Below are positions 19,388 to 29,618 of a stretch of 64,000 nt of DNA, in pieces (position 1 is the stretch's first letter; each line of letters begins with the position of its first letter). The notes under the pieces are model-generated. The model had not been told where the DNA came from. It worked only from the letters and a program-made list of their open reading frames with translations, and searched no databases. Location: the IMG/VR virus record IMGVR_UViG_3300031519_006967, positions 36,828 to 100,827 of that record, one strand, 5' to 3'. This DNA is from a virus. The translations under genes were made by a program, and so were the position numbers.

Positions 19388-19930
19388 ATCGCAAGTTTTA
19401 AATTATTTTTAGAAGGAAAGAAAAAGGGAACTGGGTTTGGTTGCCTGATGTTATACTTCCCGTCAGAATTAAAGAAGGAGTTCATGAAACTCACTACGAA
19501 GATTGACGAGAATGATCTATACAAACCAGAAGATGGATTTGGGGTAGAGACTGACCCACACGTAACGGTTAAATACGGACTACATGAGAACGACCACGAT
19601 AAGGTGTTTACGACTTTGGGTAAAATATCCCCAGTCACAGTTAAATTTAAAACTAAAGTTAGTCTGTTTGAGAATGAGAAATATGATGTTATTAAGATCA
19701 ATCTATCAGGTCCAGATATCCGAGCATTAAACAAACGAGTTAGTGACATTTTTGAATGCACTGATGGCTACCCAGTGTATACTCCCCACTCAACCATTGC
19801 ATACGTTAAACCAGGAACAGGTCATAAATATTTAAATTTAGATTCTGATTTTATGGGTAGTGAGTTTGACCTTACTAGGCTAATATATTCCGATTCTAAG
19901 TCAGACAAGAAGTATAAATATTTAAAATAA
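19388..19930 (+). CDS. 2H phosphoesterase, T4 57B/Acb1-like
   Basis: Two HxT motifs, PHVTVKYG and YTPHSTIAY; first ATG at 19448, but the frame extends to an ATC at 19388. Confidence 0.75.
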   Translation: MASFKLFLEGKKKGTGFGCLMLYFPSELKKEFMKLTTKIDENDLYKPEDGFGVETDPHVTVKYGLHENDHDKVFTTLGKISPVTVKFKTKVSLFENEKYDVIKINLSGPDIRALNKRVSDIFECTDGYPVYTPHSTIAYVKPGTGHKYLNLDSDFMGSEFDLTRLIYSDSKSDKKYKYLK

Positions 19931-19933
19931 ATT

Positions 19934-20521
19934 ATGAATACTTTTAACGACTATATACATATATTGGAAAATGAAATTAAAAATAATCTTCCCATTGATG
20001 AGATTATGAAATTTGCGGATTCACGGGGTGAAGTGTTTGCGGATACTGACACACATTTAGTTGTTCGCCCATCAAACCACAAATCATCTTGCAATTACGG
20101 GCAATATACTAGGTCCAATTTCTGCTTAGCGGAAGAGGATAATCCATCAGAGTGGGATCAAATAGATATGATTACCCAGCAAATGGGTTCACCCGCCCAC
20201 TTTTACTACGCATTTTCTAAGAAACTATCCCAGAAAAACAAGAATTCTATTTTTGGAATTATGGTATATCCCCGAGCGTGGAGCGATATGGCAGTTAATA
20301 TGAGCGATGAAGAGTTAGTAGCGACTGGTAGACAACGATTCACAGATCAAGTGGGGGGAGAATTGGCATATTCGGATGAATTTCTTTTAGATTGGGTTAA
20401 ACAGGTTAAACACCATAACAATTTATTTGAATCATACAACAGCAATAATAAAATTATTCTACCCAATGATTTGGAATCTCAGCTAGGGGTAAATCTTTTT
20501 AATATAATAATTAACGCTTAA
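19934..20521 (+). CDS. Hypothetical protein with CTS-like N-terminus
   Basis: MNTFNDYIHILE; SSCNYG...FCLA motif. Confidence 0.7.
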   Translation: MNTFNDYIHILENEIKNNLPIDEIMKFADSRGEVFADTDTHLVVRPSNHKSSCNYGQYTRSNFCLAEEDNPSEWDQIDMITQQMGSPAHFYYAFSKKLSQKNKNSIFGIMVYPRAWSDMAVNMSDEELVATGRQRFTDQVGGELAYSDEFLLDWVKQVKHHNNLFESYNSNNKIILPNDLESQLGVNLFNIIINA

Positions 20522-20538
20522 GTGGATAAATATTTTAA

Positions 20539-21429
20539 ATGATTTCTTTTAAGCGTTTCTTGTTTGAAGAGGGGATGACCCCATCTGATATATTGTTCAA
20601 TCCTGAGAACAATGATACTACTTGGCGGGAGTTAGTTGAAAAATTTAAGGAGAGTGGTGGAACTATGGCAGACGGTGGTAGAGCGCCAGTAATGATGCAT
20701 CCCGATTGGGATCATGTGGTGAAGTTGTTTAACGACGATATGTCATATTTAAAATTTGTGAGGTGGGTAATGAAAAAGTCCAATCCAAATTCAGCTTTCC
20801 CGATTTTTAAGGATAAGCCCAGAAGCATAGTCCCCAACTACAAACGAGGGTATGAAGATGAGAAAATGTATGCTGCTAGAATTGAGGAACTATCCCCAAT
20901 ATCTAAAGAAGATTATTTAGACTTACTGGAGTTTTGTGACACGGTAGACGCAGACGGTAATAATAGGTGGTATGAAATGAAAGATAAGCGAACGTTAGAA
21001 TATGAGGAAGAACATGGCCCCAACCCCAGAACTGTATCACAAGACAAAATGATAGAGAGAGTTAAAAAACGTCATCCAAACTGGAAAGATATAAAACCTG
21101 CAAAAACCGAGTTGGTTATGGCAGGATTGTGGAATGACGAAAAACAAACTAACGTTATGCTGAGAGACAATGGTGAAGTTGTATACATTGATCCAGTTTG
21201 GGATGGAGTGTCATTTGCAGAAATGCAGAGGGATGCTATGCGAGATCGTGACGGAGAATACCACGATTATGATCCTGGTTATGATGACCCTGATTACAGT
21301 CCCCCTGAACCACCATCTTTACAAGGCGGCGAGAAAATAAAACGCAAAAGAATTAAAAAGAAGATGCCTACCCCTAAACCAGAAGCAAGTCCAACATGGG
21401 ACGACACTGAATCGGAAATACCATTCTAA
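20539..21429 (+). CDS. Protein kinase-like protein with CTS-like N-terminus
   Basis: VVKLF (ATP-binding Lys), catalytic loop DEKQTN (DxKxxN), YIDP metal-binding loop. Confidence 0.6.
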   Translation: MISFKRFLFEEGMTPSDILFNPENNDTTWRELVEKFKESGGTMADGGRAPVMMHPDWDHVVKLFNDDMSYLKFVRWVMKKSNPNSAFPIFKDKPRSIVPNYKRGYEDEKMYAARIEELSPISKEDYLDLLEFCDTVDADGNNRWYEMKDKRTLEYEEEHGPNPRTVSQDKMIERVKKRHPNWKDIKPAKTELVMAGLWNDEKQTNVMLRDNGEVVYIDPVWDGVSFAEMQRDAMRDRDGEYHDYDPGYDDPDYSPPEPPSLQGGEKIKRKRIKKKMPTPKPEASPTWDDTESEIPF

Positions 21430-21443
21430 GGATAAATATCCAT

Positions 21444-22031
21444 ATGGATACCAGCACTGAAATGGCACAATTCATCATGGAGATGGAAGGAAGACGAGAC
21501 GAAAACGGATGTTTAGAAGTTTATTATTTACCTGAAGGTGATGGCGGCGGTGACTATGAAGTTGCTGGAATTAATAATAAATATCACCCCAAGCAAGCAC
21601 TACATCTTAAAACTTTAGTTGAAAATGGTAATTGTGTCGCGTCGGAATTATACGCTATTAATTATATTAAGGATTACACCTCTGTTGATCCTGAATGGCA
21701 TTACGATGACCGAGTTAATGCCTACCTAATGGACTGTAGATTCAATCGCGGACCTACTGGAGCAGCATACATCTTCCAACACTCGTTAGAGGTCGCAGGG
21801 ACGTATACGGGCGGATTAGATGGCGTGGTGGGGTCAGGAACTCGCGCAGCAGCAGCAAAGCACACAGCAGAAGACCTATTACTAAGATTACACTTGTCTC
21901 GACAATGGTATGAGCGGGAAAGAGTTGGTAGAGATGAATCTAGCGACTTTTGGAGTGGCCTTACAAATAGGTGGGTAAATGCCATGCAAATTTGTCTATC
22001 TGTAGGTGACCCATACGAAGATTTAGTATAA
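21444..22031 (+). CDS. GH108-like lysozyme/peptidoglycan hydrolase
   Basis: EMEG...DGGG.YEVAGIN, DCRFNRGP, DGVVGSGT, FWSGLTNRW. Confidence 0.7.
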   Translation: MDTSTEMAQFIMEMEGRRDENGCLEVYYLPEGDGGGDYEVAGINNKYHPKQALHLKTLVENGNCVASELYAINYIKDYTSVDPEWHYDDRVNAYLMDCRFNRGPTGAAYIFQHSLEVAGTYTGGLDGVVGSGTRAAAAKHTAEDLLLRLHLSRQWYERERVGRDESSDFWSGLTNRWVNAMQICLSVGDPYEDLV

Positions 22032-22039
22032 GTAGACTT

Positions 22040-23800
22040 ATGAGTTTTGATACCCGCTTGCAAAAGATATTAGATGCTAATTCTATAGTATTAGAATCTA
22101 ATAAAGACAAATACGCCGCCATGTTCACTTGGTTGGATAAATTCGATGATGAACTTAATTCTGATGTGTATAAAGATCGGGCATCTAAAGAAATTTCTAG
22201 GGCTAGGCAAGACTTAAAAAAAGAAAGAGTAATTACTTGGTGGTTGAAGCATGTTAGGATTGCTTTGGTTAAGGCGATATTTGGTTGGATTGACATGGAG
22301 GATAACCCCGACACCCCAGAATTATTAGCCAAAAAGAAGACACTCAACAAGATGATGTCTAAGTATGGTAGTGAATTTGGGAGTACTGATGATGTATATT
22401 ATGATGGGTTAGATAACATGTACACTAAATTACAACATAGTATTTCAATGGCTAACGTTGTTACTGGTATTGATAATTATGACTATAGTGGACAGGAGTT
22501 GACACCGACGTTGCGGGAGTTTTCCGAATTGGAGGATGAATGGGCTGAGTCCATTGGTGAGGGTATGGTGGACACTGCGGAGGATGATGAGGTTCTTATT
22601 GACCTTGGAGATGGGTGGAAATGGATAGATTTAAAAAAATATAAATGTACGAGGGAGGGTGGCTCTATGGGCCATTGTGGTAATACCGCTGACGGTAAAC
22701 CAGGACAAACCATATTATCGTTAAGGAAGGAGAAAGATGTGGGATCGGAGAGTCGCCCTAGAATTATGCAAAGACCATCAGTAACCTTTATATATAATAT
22801 TGCCGATAAAACTTTAGGGGAGATGAAAGGTAGGGCTAATAAAAAACCCAATAAAATCTATCACGATAGCATTATTAAATTATTAACACATAAAGAAGAT
22901 GGTGAGTTCTTCATTAAAGAGGTGGTTGGTGGTGGGTATGCTCCCAGTGGTAATTTCGCCCTGACCGATTTGTCCGACGAAGATAAGGACGCACTACTTA
23001 AAATCAGACCAGAGTGGAGATCAATATCAGACATATATAGAACTGACGGATTTACTGAGGACGTTAAAGAAAAATTAATGAAGGCACACGGTAATGGATT
23101 GAAATTTGTGGATAAGGATGGGGAGGATTTCATCCATTATCAAATTGCAGACACTATGGAAGAGTTGATTGAGTTAGATAGCGGCAATCTTACTAATTTA
23201 AATAATTACCTTGGCTATATTCAGGGCGACAAAATTTTACTAACTAGGGATTTTGATGTGGAGCAAGATGTAAATGGTTATTATGCAGACGACATATTAC
23301 AACCAGAACTATCTAAAATTAAAAAATATATAAAAAAATCATATGATTATTATGATGGGACCGTGGAAGATTTTATTAAAAATGAGGAAGATGGCGTCGA
23401 ATTTAAAAATGCATTAAGACGGTCTATGGCAGAGGGATATTCTCAGGGAGCAGAAAGAGAGATGACTGCTGCATATAAATATGCAGTAGAAAATCTGCAT
23501 GTCAATTTTGAAGTGGAGAATGGAGGCGGTTACCTGGAAAATGATAGCATTATTACTGATATGTATAAAACGGTGGCGGGGTATGGTTATTGGGGGGGTG
23601 CTGCGTATTCTGTGGAGATGTCCCTTAAAGAATTATTAAGATTGATGGAGGCAGCAGGAAGTGAATACGAGATGTATGTATTTGATAATGTATCAGAAGC
23701 AGAAGAGGACATGGAAGTTCCCTATAATGGTTGGAGTGGGTTCAATGAATACTCCGCAAAAGAACTATTCGCTGATCTAGTTCACGACATTATTAACTAA
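22040..23800 (+). CDS. Large acidic protein with PcfJ-like domain
   Basis: EGGSMGHCG...ILSLR...EMKGRANKKP; paralogous segment in 39788-41794. Confidence 0.6.
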   Translation: MSFDTRLQKILDANSIVLESNKDKYAAMFTWLDKFDDELNSDVYKDRASKEISRARQDLKKERVITWWLKHVRIALVKAIFGWIDMEDNPDTPELLAKKKTLNKMMSKYGSEFGSTDDVYYDGLDNMYTKLQHSISMANVVTGIDNYDYSGQELTPTLREFSELEDEWAESIGEGMVDTAEDDEVLIDLGDGWKWIDLKKYKCTREGGSMGHCGNTADGKPGQTILSLRKEKDVGSESRPRIMQRPSVTFIYNIADKTLGEMKGRANKKPNKIYHDSIIKLLTHKEDGEFFIKEVVGGGYAPSGNFALTDLSDEDKDALLKIRPEWRSISDIYRTDGFTEDVKEKLMKAHGNGLKFVDKDGEDFIHYQIADTMEELIELDSGNLTNLNNYLGYIQGDKILLTRDFDVEQDVNGYYADDILQPELSKIKKYIKKSYDYYDGTVEDFIKNEEDGVEFKNALRRSMAEGYSQGAEREMTAAYKYAVENLHVNFEVENGGGYLENDSIITDMYKTVAGYGYWGGAAYSVEMSLKELLRLMEAAGSEYEMYVFDNVSEAEEDMEVPYNGWSGFNEYSAKELFADLVHDIIN

Positions 23801-23808
23801 ATAACATT

Positions 23809-24669
23809 ATGGATTTTGATACACTGAGCCGTTTATTGGTAGAAATGCCCATCGCCAATTTTCAAAAAATAGGAGACGACTCTTCATGGGAAAAACGGGG
23901 CGCATATGATAAGAAATCGGCGGCAATGTTGCAAGATGAAAAATATGAATCAAGGGTTACGAACGCTTTCAAGGGTGTTGATTCTGATTTAAACTTCTAT
24001 TTTTTAAATAATAAAGAAGTTGGTGATATTGACGGAGAGGAGTTTAATGGTGAAAACGGAAACGTCGGACCAACGCATTCGTTTTGGGATGCAACGGGAT
24101 TAGACTATGAAGACTATGAAGATAGTATGTCGATTTCGATTATATTTGTTGGAAATTTCGGAGACAAATTAGTTCCTCTAACACCATGGATTCTTGCCCA
24201 TAGAATTTCTCACGTATTTGCATCTAGTAGGAAGATATATGGAATACAGCATAACTATAATGCTATGATAGACTCAGTTGTAGAACTCCTAAATTTAGTG
24301 TCTGAGGGATATGGAATGCCAGTTGATCAATTTAATACTAGAAATTGGATAGGTGCTAACGATGCAGAGGCCACAGCACTATTAAATAAAATTGGAACCT
24401 TCAAATCTGCCCGAGATGGCAATATTACGCGCCCATATGAATTCATCCATGAGATTTTTGCTCAGCAGGTAATTAACGGAGAAGTAAAATTTAACACTGA
24501 ACTCACTCCACTAATTATAGATGATCCTGACGAGCCATGGGAAGAACCATGGGAACGAAAATTCACCATGCCCGAAGGCTACGATGATTTTGGATCATAT
24601 GAGAGAACCTTTGAATACTACCTAGATGAACTCTGGGGGCAAGCTGAGGGCAGCGTATTTATTATGTAA
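23809..24669 (+). CDS. Hypothetical protein with zincin-like motif and CTS-like N-terminus
   Basis: WILAHRISH...HEIFAQ; begins MDFDTLSRLLVE. Confidence 0.55.
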   Translation: MDFDTLSRLLVEMPIANFQKIGDDSSWEKRGAYDKKSAAMLQDEKYESRVTNAFKGVDSDLNFYFLNNKEVGDIDGEEFNGENGNVGPTHSFWDATGLDYEDYEDSMSISIIFVGNFGDKLVPLTPWILAHRISHVFASSRKIYGIQHNYNAMIDSVVELLNLVSEGYGMPVDQFNTRNWIGANDAEATALLNKIGTFKSARDGNITRPYEFIHEIFAQQVINGEVKFNTELTPLIIDDPDEPWEEPWERKFTMPEGYDDFGSYERTFEYYLDELWGQAEGSVFIM

Positions 24670-25089
24670 TTAGCAATTATTATTTTCAGTTTGATTATTA
24701 TCCCGTTCCTCTTTTTTTAGAGCTTCTATTTGTTCAGAAAGTTCCAACGCGTCTTTATCGGGTAGACCTACAAAAATATTAGATTTTCCCGCATACCCAT
24801 CCCCAATTCCATCCCCAATAACACCTGGTCCAAATCTAGACCCAATAGTGTCTGCACCATCGTTAGGTGCGTTCATATCTACGGGTGGAGATTTCCTATT
24901 CGACTCATTTCCCAGTTGTTCCTTAAAGCATTTATATTTATTTTGTAGAAACGCCTCAATAAGTCCTTGGATTTTACGTAGTAGGTCGGGGTTATAGTTC
25001 TCCGTGTTACACCCCTCACCCCTATGCTTGGTATTGTTCTTGTTTTTGACGGCATTCCAATCACCGTTTTCTATTTTTAATTTTCCCAT
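24670..25089 (-). CDS. Hypothetical protein
   Basis: ATG 1 nt after the stop of the upstream baseplate gene. Confidence 0.65.
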   Translation of the reverse strand: MGKLKIENGDWNAVKNKNNTKHRGEGCNTENYNPDLLRKIQGLIEAFLQNKYKCFKEQLGNESNRKSPPVDMNAPNDGADTIGSRFGPGVIGDGIGDGYAGKSNIFVGLPDKDALELSEQIEALKKEERDNNQTENNNC

Positions 25090-25090
25090 A

Positions 25091-26959
25091 TTAACATTCC
25101 TCAAATTTTTCAATAACTGTATTATTAGTTTTGGAGTTCTTCACTGGCATTGGTAAGTTCTTAATAGCGAAGTTGTTTCTTGCTCCCACTGATCTAACCA
25201 CTGAATGTGGATCAACGGGAGTTGATGTTTCTACTCTATCCCCAACAGTTATTTCCAATTCAGTGTTATCTCTAATTAATTTAAGAGGTATATTTTTAAA
25301 CCAGTGATGGTGAGGGTGGACTTGTACTGAATTTGGGGCGCAAATAGAAAACACATCCAATGCGTGGGAATCTCCATTTGAGTCAGTGCCAATCGCTACA
25401 CCAATTTTACAATTTGGTAATATGTCAGCATATGTTGGACCCTTTTCAACATCTTCAATGCATTTTATTTCATCTCCTGTGGGGTCTCCGCAGGGTGTTT
25501 GTATATTAACTTCAAAGTCGGTTTCAGTTATTTGGTATTCACAAGGAGCGGTTATATGTTGCACTGATAACTCACCCTCTACGTGCGCACCACCAGCAAT
25601 AATGACGTTCATACCAACATTCAAATTACCATCCACCAATACTTGTTGTTCGGGTTCAGTTGTAGTCTTTCCGTTCGCTTGGAATTCTTTATCATCCCCG
25701 TTACCATCCTCAATAGTTCTCTCCACTTTTTTAGGTCGTAATGTTATAACTTCTCCTGTTATGTCCACCCTTTCCCCGCCAATTATAACTTCAGATGTTC
25801 CATGAATCGTGGTTCTCTCAGATAAAATATTAGCTTGAATACCAAATAAATTAACATCACCGTTAGTCTTCATGGAAATCCCGTTTGCGCCAACAGTTAG
25901 CGTGTATTTATCCGCAACGGTTTTATGGTATGATCCACCTGGAACGGGATCGACGTGAACCTTCTCTATCAATGGGGTTTCTCTAAATTGTGGGTATATT
26001 CCAGCACCAAATGGGTCTATTTTTAATCCACTTGGAACTAATTTTCCTTTGGGGTCTTTTCGATAGGACTCCATGGAGTTAAATACATTTCCCACATGCT
26101 CTACTACATTTTTATTACTGGTTCTGACTTCGGTTCCCCCCGCTGGGTGTTGATTGGTTCCAAAGTGTTTTTCTGACTCTGCTAGAGGGTCAGTAAGTTC
26201 CGCAATTTTTGCTTCAATTTCCTTTTTAATTTCATCCTTATTCCACTCACCATCTTGTGACGATGGGGATAGTCCATCACCCCAACATGTCATACATTCC
26301 CAACCTCCTTTGATTGCTTTTCCTTTTTCGCTCCCACGGGACTCATATTCATACTCACTATCTTTAAGTTCTGCTATAGTATGTCCGCATTTAGCCTTAA
26401 TCGAAGGTGTCCAGTAGTCCTTCACGATTTTACCATAAATGTGTTTAGTTTTTATTTGTTCAGTGGGGCAATCTGCTGGTGTTCCATCCTTCTCTTGCCC
26501 TTCCGCCTGATCAATATCATTATGTTGTTTACATCTCTTCACCTCGAAACGTCGTTTCATATTATGCAATTCTTGCATATCTTTCAACCACTTCTCGCCG
26601 TGCTTCTGACATTTATCAACATCACCAGTGGTGGACATTTTATCCCCCAAGTGGGTTTCATCTATGGTTCCATCTACATGGGTTACCTTGTCTTTGTTCA
26701 CGGTCTCAAATGACGATCCATATACATGGGTTTGGTATGATGTGGGAACGAATAAATCCGTTGCAAATTTTTCAAAACGTAGGAATGCACCACCAGTATA
26801 ATAAAAAGTGACCTGTTCTTCGTTTTTAGTATTAATAAACTCTATGCCACCAGAAGGTTGTCTTATATCAGATTTACCTCTATAATTTTCCCCCGATGGT
26901 CCTTTAGGTAGGTCGTTCTGCCACGCCCCTGGGTCAGTTGTTGTATGTTGTCTTGGCAT
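25091..26959 (-). CDS. Baseplate central spike, gp5 C-terminal-like
   Basis: Beta-helix-like VxG repeats (VDGNLNVG, HVEGEL), His cluster HPHHHW; follows the gp5 OB-fold gene. Confidence 0.6.
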   Translation of the reverse strand: MPRQHTTTDPGAWQNDLPKGPSGENYRGKSDIRQPSGGIEFINTKNEEQVTFYYTGGAFLRFEKFATDLFVPTSYQTHVYGSSFETVNKDKVTHVDGTIDETHLGDKMSTTGDVDKCQKHGEKWLKDMQELHNMKRRFEVKRCKQHNDIDQAEGQEKDGTPADCPTEQIKTKHIYGKIVKDYWTPSIKAKCGHTIAELKDSEYEYESRGSEKGKAIKGGWECMTCWGDGLSPSSQDGEWNKDEIKKEIEAKIAELTDPLAESEKHFGTNQHPAGGTEVRTSNKNVVEHVGNVFNSMESYRKDPKGKLVPSGLKIDPFGAGIYPQFRETPLIEKVHVDPVPGGSYHKTVADKYTLTVGANGISMKTNGDVNLFGIQANILSERTTIHGTSEVIIGGERVDITGEVITLRPKKVERTIEDGNGDDKEFQANGKTTTEPEQQVLVDGNLNVGMNVIIAGGAHVEGELSVQHITAPCEYQITETDFEVNIQTPCGDPTGDEIKCIEDVEKGPTYADILPNCKIGVAIGTDSNGDSHALDVFSICAPNSVQVHPHHHWFKNIPLKLIRDNTELEITVGDRVETSTPVDPHSVVRSVGARNNFAIKNLPMPVKNSKTNNTVIEKFEEC

Positions 26960-26972
26960 CAGTTATATTTAT

Positions 26973-28580
26973 TTATGCATTAGCTTGTCCACTATTCAAG
27001 AGGTGTGACTCTCTGCTGATAGCAACTGCCCCAGTTATTATCGGGCTAAGGGGGTGTCCACCCTCAAATCTTACCCAAACGTGTCCACCCACGTCAGGAA
27101 TTGATATAAATCCATTTGGTAGGTTTCCCTTAATTGCTCGCATCACTGGGTTAGTGTTAGCAATCATAGTATTCCCTCCTTTAATTTTATTTGGATCGCT
27201 GTTAGGTTCTCCTGAGCCATTCCCCAATCTAGTCCCACTTTCTGGTCCAGTAGATAGTGCTTCTATTCCGTTTTCTGTTTTAGAGTGTGAGTTTCCTTCA
27301 GATGATCCGATATCTCCTTGTACATTTGGGAATTCGGGTGGTAGTATTGGTTCTTTTTTAGAAGCACTAACCCCAGTCGCAGATTCCGCATTGGTGGGTC
27401 CACTAGCAAATGCACTGGTTAGAGGGTCGTTACTAGGGAACAACGCCGAGCTTGGTCCACTATTATCGCCAACATCTCTGGTAGGTCCGCTAGTTCCATC
27501 TGGGAGTGTAAACGTTTCGGTTTGTCCACTATTTGTAGCTCTAATTGTTTTGGTTCCATTCCTAGTGGACGCTACTGTTATTTCTTGAAAATCTTCTGTT
27601 ATTGTTCTTGGGTCAACACTAGTTGGAGTTAGTTTTGAATTTTTAATTGTATTAGTATAAAAGGTCTCTTTAGTTGCACTAGGTAATTTTGACCAAGTTG
27701 GTCCCTTGTATGGGTAAACTATAACAGTTTGGCTACCACCAGCATGAGTTTTGTTCCACTCTTTTACTGGTAGATGCACGTCAACTACAGGAGAGTTAGA
27801 ACCATTGGCTCTAGCTGCTGTCTTAGCCACCACAGCACTCCCAGTATCTGCCGCGACATAGCGTCTAGTAAATCCATCAGAGTCCGCCACGTCCACATAC
27901 GAACCATATGGTATCTTGTTGGGATCAACTGCCACATTCCCAATGACATCAATCCCTCCATTTCGAAATGAACCACTCTCAGTTCCACCTTCCTTGTTGG
28001 CGAAATAATCAGGTGAGTTGTGTACAGTTTTTCCTACTGCGGAAAACGGATCACCAACTGCCTCATCCGCGTGATAAAATGTAGTGTATACTTCTGTCTT
28101 CTCGGGTGGACCGTGTTGGTCACTGGGAGCATCCTCCTGTATTTGTGGCTGGGTCTTACTACCAGTATCAGGACTCTCCGAAGACTCCTTTTGTGGCGCT
28201 GTAGACTCTTCCCCCACTGGTTCTGTGTCTTCTGGCGCTGGCGGGTTGGGTGTCTCAATGGTTCCGCTTTGCTCAATGGTTCCGTGGTCAGCTTCAGCCC
28301 AATAATATCCGGTTCCCACTGGACCAAATAAGGGTTGCTCAACTTCCCCCCAAGGTAGACTCTCTTTAAGTCTTTTTAATATATTTGCATCTAAGTTCGA
28401 ATCTAAATTACTACCTAAGAATTTGAAGAATTTATCATCTTTCAGATTATCATTCCAATCATCATATAGAGTCATGCTTATATGCGGAACATATACTTTC
28501 ACTCTCCCCATATTTTCAGGATCATTATTTTGAATAATAATACCTTTATATGTTCCAGAATATCTTTGGCCTGTTTTCAT
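26973..28580 (-). CDS. gp5/VgrG N-terminal OB-fold protein with inserted 3D domain
   Basis: YKGIIIQNNDPENMGRVKV...IPDVGGHVWVRFEGG enclosing VAVDPNKIPYGS...AADTGSAV...VVDV. Confidence 0.8.
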   Translation of the reverse strand: MKTGQRYSGTYKGIIIQNNDPENMGRVKVYVPHISMTLYDDWNDNLKDDKFFKFLGSNLDSNLDANILKRLKESLPWGEVEQPLFGPVGTGYYWAEADHGTIEQSGTIETPNPPAPEDTEPVGEESTAPQKESSESPDTGSKTQPQIQEDAPSDQHGPPEKTEVYTTFYHADEAVGDPFSAVGKTVHNSPDYFANKEGGTESGSFRNGGIDVIGNVAVDPNKIPYGSYVDVADSDGFTRRYVAADTGSAVVAKTAARANGSNSPVVDVHLPVKEWNKTHAGGSQTVIVYPYKGPTWSKLPSATKETFYTNTIKNSKLTPTSVDPRTITEDFQEITVASTRNGTKTIRATNSGQTETFTLPDGTSGPTRDVGDNSGPSSALFPSNDPLTSAFASGPTNAESATGVSASKKEPILPPEFPNVQGDIGSSEGNSHSKTENGIEALSTGPESGTRLGNGSGEPNSDPNKIKGGNTMIANTNPVMRAIKGNLPNGFISIPDVGGHVWVRFEGGHPLSPIITGAVAISRESHLLNSGQANA

Positions 28581-29581
28581 TATGATCCCTCCCCATCAGT
28601 AGTTTTTCCTTCCTCTGTAGCTTTCAGATCTTCTATTTTAGATTCTCTCCCTAAGCTACGGTTGAGCCTATCAACAGTTTGTGACTCTCCCTCAACCATA
28701 ATGTCGTATGATTTTTCCTCATGTTTTATTCGATATTCCACGGGAAATATTTGGTTTAATAATCTTAATTTATCCCCAAATATATTCATTAAATTTTCTA
28801 AAACTTTTGGGATTGCGTTCTCAGCGCGTTTTTGGTGAAATACATCCATGCAGCAATTATGACCATGTGCCATTGCTTCCCCTTGAGCGTAGTTGGGATT
28901 TAAAAACCCAAAGTTTTCCTCATATGGCATATTTCTCATAGACATAGTATCTAAGAAATTTTGGGAGTCTTCCATGTTTCCTGCCGTAGCTTTAAACATC
29001 TTGGATGATAGTAATCTAACCATCCTAGAAGCAGTTTTTAAATTATTAATGGGTAGTTGCCCACACTCAATGCTGAATAATTGGCTAATCATATTAACAT
29101 CGGAAATTATAGTAAAATGGCTTCCAATCTGCTCTGACACTTGCTGGAAGTATGGGAATTGATTAATATTATTTTGAATGAATGCGTTTACGTCTGGGTG
29201 TAAGGACTGACACTCCGTTACGAAATGTCTCAAAAATGGAGTGGACATATTTGCACCAGTTACATCATTGATAAGACCTGCAATGTTTCTAACCTTTGCT
29301 ATTTCTTGGGTTACTATGTGTACGCCTTCATCCGCAGTCCGCGCTAACTTCTGTAGGGAGTTCTCTGCTCCTTTAACTGCGTTCAATACCTTTGATAATA
29401 TTGGTGACGATCCTGAATATGGACCATGAAATTGGGAAATAGTTTGGCATGTTCTATCAATTGGTCTCTTTTGCCATTGCATAGCCCAGTGTAGTTCATC
29501 CAGCACTGTCCCCTCTTCGCGGGTAGAATCTGGTCCTGCTCGTAACCCGTGATAGAAATTATTATATACTATTTCAGACAT
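28580..29581 (-). CDS. Hypothetical protein in the baseplate module
   Basis: 333-aa ORF, TATAAATA 5 nt upstream. Confidence 0.7.
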   Translation of the reverse strand: MSEIVYNNFYHGLRAGPDSTREEGTVLDELHWAMQWQKRPIDRTCQTISQFHGPYSGSSPILSKVLNAVKGAENSLQKLARTADEGVHIVTQEIAKVRNIAGLINDVTGANMSTPFLRHFVTECQSLHPDVNAFIQNNINQFPYFQQVSEQIGSHFTIISDVNMISQLFSIECGQLPINNLKTASRMVRLLSSKMFKATAGNMEDSQNFLDTMSMRNMPYEENFGFLNPNYAQGEAMAHGHNCCMDVFHQKRAENAIPKVLENLMNIFGDKLRLLNQIFPVEYRIKHEEKSYDIMVEGESQTVDRLNRSLGRESKIEDLKATEEGKTTDGEGS

Positions 29582-29618
29582 GTTATTATTTATAGGAATT
29601 TACCTATGTAGCAACTGT

